A stretch of 64,000 bases of DNA from Eledone cirrhosa (GCA_964016885.1 OZ024751.1:34224001-34288000), one strand, 5' to 3'; counted from the first letter of the stretch, positions 1 through 16,014 are shown. Numbers and translations: made by a program. The notes: generated by a model from the sequence alone, not told the origin.

Positions 1-243
<243 letters not shown>

Positions 244-265
244 TCAACGGATTACTAATGTTATT

Positions 266-398
266 GTCCACTACCACCACCACTGCTGCTACTTTGATTA
301 ATATCACTATTTTAGTAGTTATCATTATTGTTAGAATTACTATTACTACTATTATTATAATTACAGCCAATACTACTACCACCACCACTACATCTACC

Positions 399-430
<32 letters not shown>

Positions 431-461
431 AACCACCACCATTACTACCACCACCACTACC

Positions 462-505
<44 letters not shown>

Positions 506-512
506 AACCAAC

Positions 513-544
<32 letters not shown>

Positions 545-645
545 CACCACCACTACTACAACCACCACCACTACTACAACCACCACTACTACCACCACTA
601 CTACTACTACAACCACCACTACTACTACCACCATCATTACTACTG
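266..645. repeat. (ACT/ACC)n trinucleotide repeat
   Basis: Direct reading; produces the poly-Thr/poly-Val pseudo-ORFs. Confidence 0.95.
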
Positions 646-771
646 TTAATACGACTAAAATTATGAAATATTTATGATCAGATCATTGATATGTAATGAT
701 TAACGGAGTTATGATTTATAACTCTCCTCTACACGCGTGTGTGTAATGTGTTGATATGTGTGGATGTGTGG

Positions 772-890
<119 letters not shown>

Positions 891-1352
891 GATATGTGTG
901 TATGTGTGTATTGATATGTGTGTAGGTGTCGGCCACTGTGTGTATATGTGTGTTGATATGTATATGTAGGTTTATAACTTAGTAACACTCGTCCAGACAC
1001 ACACACATACACACACACACATATATATATATATAATGTGTGCATATGTATTGATATATATATATATGTATGTGTTTATAAGTGTCGGCCAGTGTGTGTA
1101 TGTGGCTCTGTCAATAACATTGTTCAATGCTATCTATCATATCACGTTATACGAACGAATTCTCTCACACACACACATACAAACCCAGACATACACAATA
1201 CACACATACACATACACAATACATACACACATATACACACAATACACACATACACATACACACACAATATACACAGATATCTGTGTATATTTCTGGAGAT
1301 TTCTCCGAACAGTAAACAAACAATGCATTTGCAAGTCTAGGTTTAAGCATGT

Positions 1353-1355
<3 letters not shown>

Positions 1356-1428
<73 letters not shown>

Positions 1429-1524
1429 GTCTGTGTCTGTCTCTCTCTGTCTGTCTCTCTCTCTCTCTGTCTCTCTCTCTCTCTCTCTTACTCTTTCTCT
1501 TTCTCTCTTTCTCTCTCTCTCTCT
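1356..1524. repeat. (CT)n microsatellite
   Basis: Direct reading. Confidence 0.95.
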
Positions 1525-1847
1525 TATATATATATAACAATAGAGAGTGGTGAATGATTGAATTAAATATGTAGAGATTTAGATAGATGCCAGTGCAGGG
1601 TTTTCTAAAAGTGCTCAATAAATTAACCTGAAGTTATATACATACATGTATGTATAGATATGTATATATAGTTTTGTTGGTTACTGGAGATGGTACTAGT
1701 CTACTATAGCAGAATATGAGATAATGCTGTCTCACATTGAAATGCTTTATTCCATGTCGAAAGTTACATGGAGTCACGTATATCATAAAAACCTCGAGCC
1801 AATCATCAGTGGAACACATTTGCATTCGATATCCCCGAAAAACATTG

Positions 1848-1902
<55 letters not shown>

Positions 1903-3057
1903 TTGGGTGTAGTGGGTGTTTGTGTATTTTAGTAATCTTCAAAATATTGTTCGGTCCTCACAAATGCTATAGATCTATACACATATATATATGTGTGTGT
2001 GTGGAAAGATATATATAGATATATAGAGAGATAGAGAGATAGATAGACATACACGCGACATACACACACACATATATATATATATACATACTTAATATAT
2101 GTGTGTGCATACATACACACCCACCCACACATGTTTGTCTGCGCGTGTGTGCGGATATATATACATACATATATATATTTATATGTATTATATAGATAGA
2201 TAGATATACATACATACATAGATATACAAACATATATATATATAGATATATAGACATATATAAACATAGATATATATATTTATATATATATATATAGATA
2301 CATAGATATACAAACATATATATAGATATATAGATATATATAGATAGATATATATAGATAGATAGATAGATAGATATACATACATACATATACATAGATA
2401 TACAAACATATATATAGACATATATATACATAGATATATAAGGATATCTGACTTAATTAAAGCCGTAATGGACATTAAAAATGGAAAATGGAAGTGGAAT
2501 TATCTGTGGAATTGTGTAAGTGACGTGTGGAGTATTTGATTAATTCAATGTTTCTCTGATATATATTTAATTATATTTACATAATATCAGGAAAATATCA
2601 ATCGGATATTTATGTAAATAGACACATCTTGTTGTTGTTGATATAATAGCAAATTTTCATTATATTCATTTTTCTTTCTCTTCCTCTCTCTCTCTATCTG
2701 TATATATATAGTGTGTCTGTGTTTATATATGTTTATGTATGTATATGTATCTATATTTATGTATGTATATATATGTATATATGTATGTATATATATGTAT
2801 ATATATGTATATATATATACATGTATATATATGTACATATGTGTGTATATGCGATGTGTCAATTTGTGTATGTTTATACCTATGTGTCTAGGTGTAAATG
2901 TTTTTTGTGAGAAATAGCCTTATAGTTTGTGGTAGTTATGTGTACGTGTGAAGATAGGCATGTTTCCATGTATCCTTGTATTCTATGTATTCAAATATGT
3001 ATATACTTGAAAGATATATTCTGTTTGTATGTTTAGATATATATACGCATATGTATT

Positions 3058-3394
3058 TGTGGTGGCTCTTGAGCGTTGCTGTACAACCTGTCAGAGTTAA
3101 CCCACCTTTGGCTTTTGTGTGTGCATTACTCTGGAAGAAGAAAACCTGTGATGTAAAACCTCTGATTCGATGGCAGCCAATGATGTTGACCTTTTCTCCG
3201 ATGTGGATAACAGTCACTGTTATTTTCAGAGAGTGGTTTTGGTTCTGCACAAAAAAAACTCCAGAGCTGACTGCTGGACAGACCATCGTTTCTTTCGCAC
3301 TACACAATTCGTAAGTCATTATACACAACTCGTTACACGGACTGAGTGCTCTAAGGTCTTGCATTCTTTACAGCAAGTTTTTACTACACTAAAC

Positions 3395-3396
<2 letters not shown>
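3058..3396 (+). mobile_element. Interspersed repeat, diverged relative of 10461-11053 (possibly RTE-LINE 5'UTR-like)
   Basis: Shares colinear blocks with 10461-11053: gtacaacctgtc, ct(a)gga(a)gaag(g)aaaac, gatgg...ccaatgatgttgac, agagagtgg. The RTE assignment is from recollection of the ggagaaggaaaactctg motif and is unverified. Confidence 0.6.
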
Positions 3397-3429
<33 letters not shown>

Positions 3430-3724
3430 GTGTGTGTTTCGTTCCTCGATATATATATAATTACTAACTAACTACGTATTTTTTTCTTTAATTCGTTTTC
3501 TACACACATACACAGTCGTTCAAAAAGTGCACGTAAACACACACACTTGCACACCCACACACACACACCCATTCACACATACACCCATACTACCACCTTC
3601 CCCAACCCGTTCCTGTCCTCGACCAATTCTTTCTAGTTTTCTCCCAATTGCTATTATAACACCTATAACCGATCGATATTGATACCCACTGATCAATAGT
3701 AACGTTTCATCACCATCTATGGAC

Positions 3725-4720
3725 AACACACATCACGACAACAACAACAACAGCAAGAACAAATATATAACGGCAACATCAACAACAGCAACAATTACAT
3801 CAATAACACCATCAGCAATAACAAGGCCATTAACTCACACAACAACAATATCAAAAACGGCAACAACAACACCAACAACAACATACAATAAGAAATATCA
3901 GCAAACGTTACAGCACCATGACCACCAATAACAACAACCATAACACCACCAATAACAACAACCATAACACCCCCAATAACAACCATAACACCACCAATAA
4001 CAACAACCATAACACCACCAATAACAACCATAACACCAACAATAACAACTACAACAACAACGGTAACAACTTTTTAAGTATCATGACCACCACCACCACC
4101 CACAGGGACACCATGAACTCCAACTCTAATAATTACCACCAATACCACCACCACTACTCCTAATACTATCACCACCATATACCACCACCACTACTACCAC
4201 TACTACCACCACCACTACCACCACCACTACCACCACCACTACTACCACTACCACCACCACTACCAACACTGCTACCAATACCACCACTACCACCACCACT
4301 ACCACCACCACTACCAACACTGCTACCAATACCACCACTACCACCACTACTACCGATACCACCACTACCACCACTACCACCACTACTATCACTACTACCA
4401 ATATTACCACCACAACTACCACCACTACCAACACTACCACCACCACCACCCCACCACCACCACCACCACCACCACCACCACCACTACTACCAATACTATC
4501 AACACCACTACCACCACTACTACCACTATTACCACCATCACTACCATAACAATAACAACAACAAAGAAATCACCACAAAAACGAAACAACAAAATACAAA
4601 TATCACTCCCACCGCCACCATCACCACCAATAACTACATCAATAACAACAACATCAATAACAATATACACCAACAACAACAACATCAATAACAATAAGAA
4701 TAATTACAACATCAATGTTA
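3725..4720. repeat. Compound (AAC/ACC/ACT)n low-complexity repeat
   Basis: Direct reading. Confidence 0.9.
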
Positions 4721-4912
4721 ATATTATCAAAGGACGGTTTTATAATTCTGCCTCAATTTACGATAGATCATAGCAAATTAAGATGGTTCTGATATGACAC
4801 ACGGTTCACAATCATAATGCTGTTATTCTTTGGAGATTTTACCATTATATCTTCCACTAACTCACACTTCTTTCTTTATCATTGCCTACTACTTCTTCAC
4901 CTTCTCTCTCTC

Positions 4913-4959
<47 letters not shown>

Positions 4960-5063
4960 TTATATATATATATATATATCTTTATATATATATATCTTTA
5001 TATATATATATATATATATATATCTTTATATATATATATCTTTATATATATATATATATATAT

Positions 5064-5101
<38 letters not shown>

Positions 5102-5282
5102 TTATAGATATATATATATATTTCTCTCTCTTTCTCTCTCTCTCTTTCTTTCTCCCCCCCCCCCCTCTCTCTACACACACATATATATTGAATTGAATTA
5201 GTAGCTTCCATCGTATTTTTAACTACAGAAAGTAGTCAAATAACAATTTGCGAGAACACGAGCTACGAGGTCGATCCCTACA

Positions 5283-5480
5283 CATTCACATACCTATATC
5301 TTCCGTTTTGGGGTCTTATACACCCCCTAATTATTTCACTGTACTCCATTCACATACCTATATCTTCCGTTCTGGGGTCTTATACACCCCCTAATTATTT
5401 CACTGTACTTCATTCACATACCTATATCTTCCGTTCTGGGGTCTTATACACCCCCTAATTATTTCACTGTACTCCATTCA
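5283..5480. repeat. 64-bp tandem repeat x3
   Basis: Unit cattcacatacctatatcttccgtt(t/c)tggggtcttatacaccccctaattatttcactgtact(c/t) starts at 5283, 5347 and 5411. Confidence 0.95.
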
Positions 5481-5887
5481 ATTTACAAGTTTCCTTTGTA
5501 ACAAGTTATTGGTGTAGGACAGAACAAAGGAGAGAGTCAAAATAAAAACCCAGTCGATCACCATCTGGTTATCGAACCGACCGACCGGTTAATTTATAAT
5601 AAATTGAAGTGAAAATCTACAGGTGCGTGTGTTTTTATTGGCAGCATGACCCTCTCAAAGTATAAAAATGTTTATATATATATATAAAAGAAATTGTAAT
5701 ACATAAAAATAGAAAATATTAACGAATGTCAAAAGCCAATTTCAAGGTGGAAGACCCCCATAAACCACTGCATTAGTCTGTTGCTTCATGGTCAATACAA
5801 ATTGAAAAATGCGATGAAGGGGTTGGTCGCGAAGGAATATTATTCTCCTCAATTCTTTTAGGCATATATACACATGCATATATACTC

Positions 5888-5957
<70 letters not shown>

Positions 5958-6546
5958 TGTGTGTGTATATAGTGAATAATTTAAATAAAACAAAAAAACA
6001 TATATATATATATATATATATATACGTGTAGATGTGTGTGTGTGTGATGTACATACATATACCCGCATATAAATATATGTACATAGATACACACACATGT
6101 ACAATTACACAGAAATATAGAAACTTCAAAAAAATGCATAATCATGCGTCACTTTATTTGGGATCCGTTTGAAAAGAATTTAATAAATTTGCACTTAAAA
6201 CAAGTGTAAAATAATCAATAGATGTTATATAGTACAAGCGTTGAAACCTCGCTTAATTTCCTTTAAAGGGGTAGGGTTTCACCTCTCTTTACCACTGATC
6301 AATTCATTGATCTTTACTATTGTTTTTCTGTGTGCGTTGTTGGGTTAGGTAATTGTGTGTGTAGGTGTAGGTGTGAGTTGTTAGTTAGTGTGCGATTGTG
6401 TGTTTGTGTCTAGTTGTTGTTGGGCTGTATGTTATTTTTCACTTTTTGTTATTGTATTTTCTTCGCTAAACACATTACGGTATATATCAGAACATGTGTT
6501 ATTTTTAACTTAATGTTTACACACAGACAATGACATACACACACTA

Positions 6547-6611
<65 letters not shown>

Positions 6612-6616
6612 TGTAT

Positions 6617-6837
6617 ACGTAAATGTGAATATATATATATATATATACGTAAATGTGAATATATATATATATATTTATATATACGTAAATGTGAATATAT
6701 ATATATGTGAATATATATATATATATTCACATTTACGTATATATATATATATATATATATACACATTTACGTATATATATATATATATACACATTTACGT
6801 ATATATATATATGTATATATATATATTCACATTTACG

Positions 6838-6869
<32 letters not shown>

Positions 6870-6912
6870 CATTTACGTATATATATATATATATATATAT
6901 ATTCACATTTAC

Positions 6913-6971
<59 letters not shown>

Positions 6972-6978
6972 CATTTAC

Positions 6979-7015
<37 letters not shown>

Positions 7016-7027
7016 CATTTACGTATA
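6617..7027. repeat. TA-spaced array of ACGTAAATGTGAA that switches orientation near 6717
   Basis: Three forward copies, then about eight copies of the reverse complement (TTCACATTTACGT), separated by variable (TA)n. Confidence 0.9.
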
Positions 7028-7111
7028 CATGTATATGGATGCCTTCCTCCAGACCTATCACTTAATACATACATACTGGCCATTGGAATAACCAAGTATA
7101 AACAACTGGAT

Positions 7112-7146
<35 letters not shown>

Positions 7147-7327
7147 GAGTGAGAGAGAGTGAGAGAGAAATCTCAGAAGCAGGTAATTAATTTAAAAGTG
7201 AGAAGAGATGAGAGAAAACTTAATCACCACACAGGAAAACACTCACTTACAGTCAGATACATATACACATACTTATACACACACATATATATACACGAGG
7301 AGAGATATAGAGAGGGGGACGAGAGAG

Positions 7328-7404
<77 letters not shown>

Positions 7405-7940
7405 TAATATGAAAAACGGAATCGATAACAATTCTAGAAATTCAGACTCGTGGAACAAAAGATTAGAATGAAACAGTGAAAAATCAAAAAAGAATAGAAA
7501 TAAATTTGAATATAATAACATAAATAAAAAATAAATATGTAAAAAGAAAGAAAAATGAAATACGGAAAACAAAAATGGAAACAAAAAACGAACAAAATAA
7601 TAAATAAGAAGATAAAAAAGTTTAAAAGTAGCGGATGTCAAAATGGTCAAATGACAAACGACTGAGAGAGAGAGTAAGATAAACATATAACAATTGTGTG
7701 TATGGCAGTATGTCTGGCTGATTGACAACAGAAGAAGAAAAAATAGGATTTTCCAGTCAGCACTTACTGACTGAGAACCCTTAGAGACCTAATTAAATAT
7801 GATATGCCAATTTGGCAAACTCTTGCAACAGACTATATTGGAAGGCCAACAACAGAACGTTCGATACAGACATATTAAAGATATATAATATATATACACA
7901 TACACACACACACATATATATATATGTGTGTGTGTGTGTG

Positions 7941-7980
<40 letters not shown>

Positions 7981-8081
7981 GAGAGAAAGAGAGAGAAGAG
8001 AGAGAAAGAGAGAGAAGAGAGAGAAAGAAGAGATATAAATGAGAATAATATACTTTACTCAGTAATCCACCTCTCAAAGAT

Positions 8082-8114
<33 letters not shown>

Positions 8115-8134
8115 GCACACACACACGCACACGC

Positions 8135-8166
<32 letters not shown>

Positions 8167-8173
8167 CCACACA

Positions 8174-8251
<78 letters not shown>

Positions 8252-8638
8252 CACAGGCACATATATATATGTGTGTTCGTATGTACTGTATATATATATA
8301 TATGTGTGTGTATATGTGCATATGTGTGTAGAGATGGATTTTCGTTACGTTTTTCCGTTCTCAATTTTCATTTCAATTTATAGTTCTCGTATTTCTGCCT
8401 TCCTTGTAGATGTGGAGGTGGTGGTGGTGGTTTTGATCGTTGTAATGGTGATGGTGGTGTTGTTGTTGGTTATTATGGTGGTGTGGTGGTGGTTGTGGTT
8501 GCTGTGGTAGCGAGGATGAGTTCGATTTCTGATTACAGCAGACCTAGCATAATTTATAAAAGTTTTGCAATATGCAGCTTCGTATAGATTAAATACAAAC
8601 GTAGAATCACTTCTCTATTCTCTTGGAAATTTGGTTTG

Positions 8639-8688
<50 letters not shown>

Positions 8689-9080
8689 GCGCGCACATAC
8701 ACACTCACCTGTGTGTTTTCTGAAGATGACCACAGAATAGTGTAATAAATTAACATCATAGTGTAATAAATTAACAATCCTTCTTTCGGATTACATCTAG
8801 GTTAGACACCTCTGCTAACTCCAGATGTTTTCAGGGATGAGACAGGAGCCTAGCTGATATATATATCACCTTGATCACCTTGACCGACCAATATATATAT
8901 ATATTGATTATCCCACCCTCAATCTCAGCTGATTGCTTTTGACGACTGGGTTTCTTGACAATTGGTTTTTTTTTTGTCAGCTCCTCTCTTTTAGGGGAAT
9001 TTCTCACTGACACCGTTTAACCCCTGTTTACTCACTGACATGATGATAGTGTTGATTATGATGTTGATGTTGATGATAGA

Positions 9081-9312
9081 GGTGGTGATGATGATGATGA
9101 GGGAGAAGGTGGTGGTGATGATGGTGGGGGAGAAGGTGGTGGTGATGATGGTGGGGCAGAAGGTGATGATGATGAGGGAGAAGGTGGTGGTGATGATGAT
9201 GAGGGAGAAGGTGGTGGTGATGATGGTGGGGGAGAAGGTGGTGGTGATGATGGTGGGGGAGAAGGTGGTGGTGATGATGGTGGGGGAGAAGGTGGTGATG
9301 ATGATGATGATG
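9081..9312. repeat. 27-bp GGT/GAT-rich minisatellite
   Basis: Unit gggagaaggtggtggtgatgatggtgg repeated about 7 times. Confidence 0.9.
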
Positions 9313-9377
9313 ACTAATAGTTTAAAAGAATCGATAACACTTTATAGAAAAAATGTTCCCACGGGCAGAAATTTCCA

Positions 9378-9903
9378 CAACAAAAACAACAGCAGCAATA
9401 CTAACTATAACAACAACAAAGGTAACAACAACAACTATAACAACAACAACTATAACAACAAAGGTAACAACAACAAATGTAACAACAACATCAACATCAA
9501 CAATATGAATTTCAACAACAACAACAGCAGCAATACTAATAATTATAACATCAACTGTAACAACAACAACAACAACTGTAACAACAACATCAACTGTAAC
9601 AACAACAACAACAACGGTAACAACAACTGTAACAACAACATCAACTGTAACAACAACAACAACGGTAACAACAACTGTAACAACAACATCAACAATATGA
9701 ATTTCAACAACAACAACAAAAAGAATGCAAACTGAAGTTATCGTTCTATTAGTGAATGTTTTGGTGTTGTTGCTGTTGTTGTCGTTATTGTTGCTGTTGT
9801 CGTTATTGTTGTTATTGTTGCTGTTGTCGTTATTGTTGTTATTGTTGGTATTGTTATTGTTGCTGTTGTTGTTATTGTTGCTGTTGTTGTTATTGTTGTT
9901 GTT
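9378..9903. repeat. (AAC)n tract followed by opposite-orientation (GTT)n tract
   Basis: AAC-rich at 9378-9720 and TTG-rich at 9765-9903. Confidence 0.9.
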
Positions 9904-10049
9904 AGTTAATCCGAGGAAAGAAGGTAAAGATGATACCTGACATTGCGGGGTGTGAAATACGAATCAACTAATAAAATATTACTGAACTTGTGTATATACT
10001 ATCCATTAAGCTCTCTCTATCTGTCTATCTATTTCTTTATTTATAATTA

Positions 10050-10356
<307 letters not shown>

Positions 10357-10425
10357 TGTGTATGTCTGTCTGTCGGTCTGTCTGTCGGTCTGTCTATGTG
10401 CTACTTGCTTATCCGTATGTGTGTG

Positions 10426-10460
<35 letters not shown>

Positions 10461-10462
<2 letters not shown>

Positions 10463-11053
10463 TGCTACTGGTAACATGTATCCCAGTACAACCTGTCTCA
10501 TGGTCGGGTCGTTGGCGACTAAACTGGCAACCCCACCAAGGTTTCTTGGTGAGGAGGGTGACTTTGGACATCCTGCAGGACTAAAAACAAAACCTGTCAA
10601 AGGGCAAAGGAGCTCTTAAGAGTCAATGGCCATCCAAAATCACCGGGAGAGATGACCCCTTAGCCTTTGTCAAGGCAGAATTCTAGGAGAAGGAAAACTC
10701 TGATATAACACCTGCAACCCTGATGGTATCCAATGATGTTGACTTGTTCTTCTTTTTGGTAAATATCATCTTGGTTAAGAGAGTGGGACTGGCTTTGTGC
10801 AGTGCCTTTGCTCACTATAAAAGCTTCACGGCACAGGCATTGCTTTATATCTGGAGATCTCTCTGCACTTGTCGTCACATGGTACCATGGGCCCAGCACT
10901 ATGTGTCAGTAATTGTCACAAGTGTAGTGTTTGTACCAGAGTTTTCAAGTCGCTGGCTCGACTAAAAAGTCACACTCGTTCAGCGCATCGGTAGGGGTTC
11001 TCCTACATGGATATAAAGTAGTGGCCGTACTCGAAAACGAGTTGGCAGCCACC
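10461..11053 (+). mobile_element. Interspersed repeat flanked by TA tracts (possibly RTE-LINE 5'UTR-like)
   Basis: GC-richer island containing ttctaggagaaggaaaactctgat; homologous to 3058-3396. Confidence 0.6.
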
Positions 11054-11780
11054 ATATATATATACACACATGCAATATATCTCATCTCTCTCTCTCCCCT
11101 TTATCTTTCTATTTTTATCGATATCAATCTATTAACGTACAAATGTAGATATCTTGTAACCCTTGATATCACCCCTATCTCTCTCTCCCCTCTCCACTCC
11201 TCTCGGTTCTCTCTCCACCCCTCACCCCCCCCCCCTTCAGCCCTCCATCTATCAATCTCTCTGATATCAATGAATAATGAATTGCACTGAGTTTCGTGTA
11301 TTGCATGTTGTAAATGTTGATTAAAGCAAGTTTATCTCGTCCACTCACAACTGAGATTAGGAACTCACATTTGTAATGGGATCACATCGACACAATCTTC
11401 CTTTCTTATAACTACAGCAGAAATATTTCTAATGAATAGACATCTCACTCCACCTCTCACTCTCTCCACACCTCTCTCACTCCCTCTCACTCTCTCACTT
11501 TCTCTCCATCTCACTCTCACCCCCCCCCCTCTCTCTCACACACATACTCTCTCTCTAGTTTCTTTTGGAGACTATATAAGGCTTGAGGACGTGTAACTGG
11601 TAAAAATAATTAAATATGTGGCCCCCGCTGTTGGAATTGGCCATTTTGAAAGTTGTTTATTATGAGAAATAAATGGCAAGGATTTGGCAAAGTTGTCAGA
11701 ATCTTACCGGATAAAACCGATCCGGCACATTAAGATCCATTCTGGTTGGTTTTGCTGGAGTTTTCTTGTTGTAAAGACAA

Positions 11781-11980
11781 GTAGCTTAGTGGTTAGGGTG
11801 TTCAGCTCACGATCACAATGTTCTGATTTCGATTTCACTTTACTCCAGTCCAGTCGACTGGGGTAAATAGCTTGTACCTGCAAACCAAAGAACCAGAGGA
11901 GTCAGACATTGTGTAGGCGTTGAATGTCACTAAGAACAACATTGAGAGTAAAGCCATGTGTGTGTAATGCCCAGGCTATA
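11781..11980 (+). mobile_element. tRNA-derived SINE, family B (diverged)
   Basis: A-box-like tagcttagtggttag; central tttcactttactccagtc shared with the 13633 copy; tail matches the reverse complement of 63700-63800. Confidence 0.65.
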
Positions 11981-12188
11981 GGCTCGAACTTCCTAAACAC
12001 ACAGCTGTGCCTGTGTCCGTCCACGTATCAACAACAAAAGACCAAAAACCTATTTTCTGACAGAACAAAATACATATACGACAGTGAGGAAGAATTACAT
12101 GTTATATCAACACGAAATGTGATTCTCTTGTAGATAAATTAACTTATTGTATTACATTTGCCTTTTTCTATTTCTGGTTAATTTTTTT

Positions 12189-12373
12189 GGTGAATTGGCA
12201 GTATCGGTAAAGAGTCAGACATGCTTTCCAGCGTAGTTACGTCCCTTTACGACCCTGATTTCAAATCCCGCCGAGGTTAACTTTGCCTTTCATACTTACG
12301 GGTTCTATAAAATAAAGTACCAGTAATATACTGGTTAATTGCTTGTCTTGTGCCTAAAGTAGAAACAATTATT
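12189..12373 (+). mobile_element. tRNA-derived SINE, family A
   Basis: Head tggcagtatcggta, B-box-like ttcaaatcccgccgagg, core ctttgcctttcat...aaataaagtaccagta, tail cttgtgcctaaagtagaaac then (ATT)n. Confidence 0.9.
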
Positions 12374-12408
12374 ATCATAATTATATTTTCTCTTTACTTT
12401 TTCTTCTT

Positions 12409-12475
<67 letters not shown>

Positions 12476-12808
12476 CACCAACACCACCACCACCACCACC
12501 ACTACCACTACTACTGCTGCTGCTGCTACTACTACTACTACTGCTACTGCTTCATTTTTTATCTCTATGTTTATATTATTTAAAAACATTTCCTCTCCAT
12601 CTTTCCCCTCCTCTATCTCCTCCTCAGGTACTTCATCCTCATCACCGACATCATCATCATCATATTCATCATATTCATCATAATCATTACATCTTGTTTT
12701 GTGTTTTGTTTTATTTTCCTTTATTTTTTTCCCTTTTTTCTAATCAAGCAAAATGGATTTTAAATTTATTGCAAAAATCTGATTAGCAAAGCATTTCTCG
12801 ATTCTTTG

Positions 12809-12888
<80 letters not shown>

Positions 12889-13489
12889 CCTAAATGAATG
12901 GAGAAAATACAAATACACCTAACAACAACGACGAAATAACATAAACAAATTGAAGCAACAAAAACAAACAGTAACAACAGCGACATTGGAGTTTTTAGTT
13001 GTGAGGTATTTCGATATTTTGGACGCCATTATAATTTCGTCTATTTTCCTTTCGTTGTGTGTGTTGTTGTGTGTGTTATTATGTGTGTTATGGTGGTGTT
13101 GTGTGTGTTATTGTGTTGTGTGTGTTATTGTGTCGTATTGTGTTGTTATGTATGATATTGTGTTGTTGTGTGTGTTATTGTGTTGTTGTGTGTGCTATTG
13201 TGTTATTGTGTGTGGTATTGTGTTGTTGTGTGTGATATTGTGTTGTGTTTGTGTTGTGTGTTATTTCTCTTCCTGTTTGTGATGTTGGCGGAAATTGTGT
13301 TATTGTTTAAGGAAAAAGTCTCATAGAATCGTATTTTTCTTTCAATATTTTGGCTGTCCATGAGATTTGTGCTGGGGGCGGATTTCTCATTGAATGCCCA
13401 GGGAAATACGGGATTTCTATTTCTGTGCTTATGGCCGTAAATAATTTCTTGAATTGAGCTATGAAGTCACACTTTCTCTTTGTCTCTCT

Positions 13490-13547
<58 letters not shown>

Positions 13548-13632
13548 GCCTATCGTGTGTATGTGTCTGTATATATGTCTGTGTGTCTCTGTATGCATGT
13601 GTGTGTGTGTCACTGTGTTTGTGTTCGTATGT

Positions 13633-13954
13633 GAGGCGGTTGGTTTAGTGGTTAGAGTGTTGGATTTACAATCCTGAGGTTGTCAGTTCCATTTCCGGAC
13701 CGGGCCATGCATTGTGTCCTTGAACAAGATAGTTAGTTTCACATTGCTCCAGTGCACTCAGTTGTAGAAATGATTTGTGACCCCCACAGATGCCAAGCTG
13801 TATCAGCCGTTGCCTTTCCCTTGGACAACATCGGTGGAGTGGAGAGCAGAGAATAGTATTCATGGGTGACAGCTGGTCTTTTACAAGAACCCCTTGACCG
13901 GGTTTATGGCTCTCAAGGGAACTTTATAAGTGCAGAACCCATGGTGATTCGCCT
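13633..13954 (+). mobile_element. tRNA-derived SINE, family B-related, near full length
   Basis: A box tggtttagtggttag, B-box-like gttccatttcc, then ttgtgtccttgaacaagat and tttcacattgctccagtgcactcag. Confidence 0.8.
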
Positions 13955-14224
13955 ATTTTTATACGAGTTTTATCTGTGTGATGAGCTAGGACTTGGTACA
14001 GTAGTTTATCTTTCATTCACAATATATCTAATGAAAGCCATTGCCTATGATTTTCATATAATGTTAAAAGTAACCAAGTATTTGAAAGTATTTGGTAATA
14101 TAACTGAGTTTATCATTATTCAGCAGGTATTTAGATAATAAAGTTATAATAGAAATTATCATGGTAAATTTAAAGATACTAAACTAAACAGTCTGGCATC
14201 ATGCTAAATAGAGAGTAAAAACAC

Positions 14225-14260
14225 ATATCTGACGTTTCAGGTTAAACTCTTCATCGAAGT
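14225..14260 (-). ncRNA. Degenerate minimal hammerhead-like motif
   Basis: Minus strand UCGAUGA-AGAGUUUAACCU-GAA-ACGU-C-AGAU; core positions 3-4 and stem I are degraded. Confidence 0.4.
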
Positions 14261-14472
14261 ACATTAAAAAGAGAAAAGAATAAGAATGAAACAAGACAAG
14301 TGTTTGAACGTTTCCAAATTAAAGAACAAATGTGTCTTGTGCGCTGACATCATGTATAAATATATATAGGTGTGTGTATTGTGAGTGCCGCTCAGTATAC
14401 AGACAAATATATATAAGCATATACACATGTACATGCATATATACACATATATATGTACACACAGACACACAT

Positions 14473-14485
<13 letters not shown>

Positions 14486-14543
<58 letters not shown>

Positions 14544-14811
14544 TTTATATATATGCATGTATATATATATATATATATTTATATAATATATATATATATT
14601 ATATATATATATATTATATATATATATATTATATATATATATTATATATATATATTATATATATATATATTATATATATATATAATATATATATATATTA
14701 TATATATATATTATATATATATATTATATATATATATATTATATATATATATATTATATATATATATTATATATATATATATATTTTATATATATATATA
14801 TTATATATATA

Positions 14812-14854
<43 letters not shown>

Positions 14855-14973
14855 ATTATATATATATAATATATATATATAATATATATATATATAATAT
14901 ATATATATATAATATATATATATAATATATATATATATAATATATATATATATAATATATATATATATTATAT

Positions 14974-15039
<66 letters not shown>

Positions 15040-15081
15040 ATATTATATATATATATATTATATATATATATATTATATATA

Positions 15082-15123
<42 letters not shown>

Positions 15124-15130
15124 ATATATA

Positions 15131-15175
<45 letters not shown>

Positions 15176-15497
15176 ATATATATTATATATATATATATAT
15201 ATTATATATATATATTATATATATATATATATTATATATATATATTATATATATATATTATATATATATATATATTATATATATATATATTATATATATA
15301 TATTATATATATATATATATTATATATATATATATATTATATATATATATATTATATTATATATATATATTATATATATATATATTATATATATATATAT
15401 TATATATATATATATTATATAGATATATTATATATATATAGATATATTATATATATATAGATATATTATATATATATAGATATATTATATATATATA

Positions 15498-15555
<58 letters not shown>
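14486..15555. repeat. About 1.07-kb (TA)n tract with periodic TT/AA phase shifts
   Basis: Direct reading. Confidence 0.95.
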
Positions 15556-15556
<1 letters not shown>

Positions 15557-15886
15557 GTCAAAATCAATCTATGAATTTAAAAAAATGTGTTAAACATATC
15601 GCGTGATAAGAGAGAAATTCCAACCTTTACTCGTTGGTTTACACATTTTTTATATTATGTCCTTATTGATTTTAGCATATACTGAGAGTACGATATTTTC
15701 AGATTATTTTAGTTTGATGAATGCTATAAACACGAAAATCTAGGGCCTTTCATTTACTGGAGTAGCTTCACAACTATTAATGAATATATATATATATATA
15801 TATATTTATGTATATATACGCACACACATACACTTATATATATATATATGTGTGTGTGTTTGTGAGTATGCTAGAGCGAGAAATAA

Positions 15887-16014
<128 letters not shown>

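Noticed and set aside
8715-8760. CUGAAGA hammerhead core
   Set aside because: No GAAA or stem III and no stem I partner
9040-9735. 231-aa ORF with EKVVVMMVG repeats and poly-Asn
   Set aside because: Made entirely of a 27-bp minisatellite and an (AAC)n tract
13633-13710. tRNA gene (also other SINE heads and the B-box-like sequence at about 43715)
   Set aside because: A/B-box-like motifs only, with no convincing cloverleaf; continues into a SINE body
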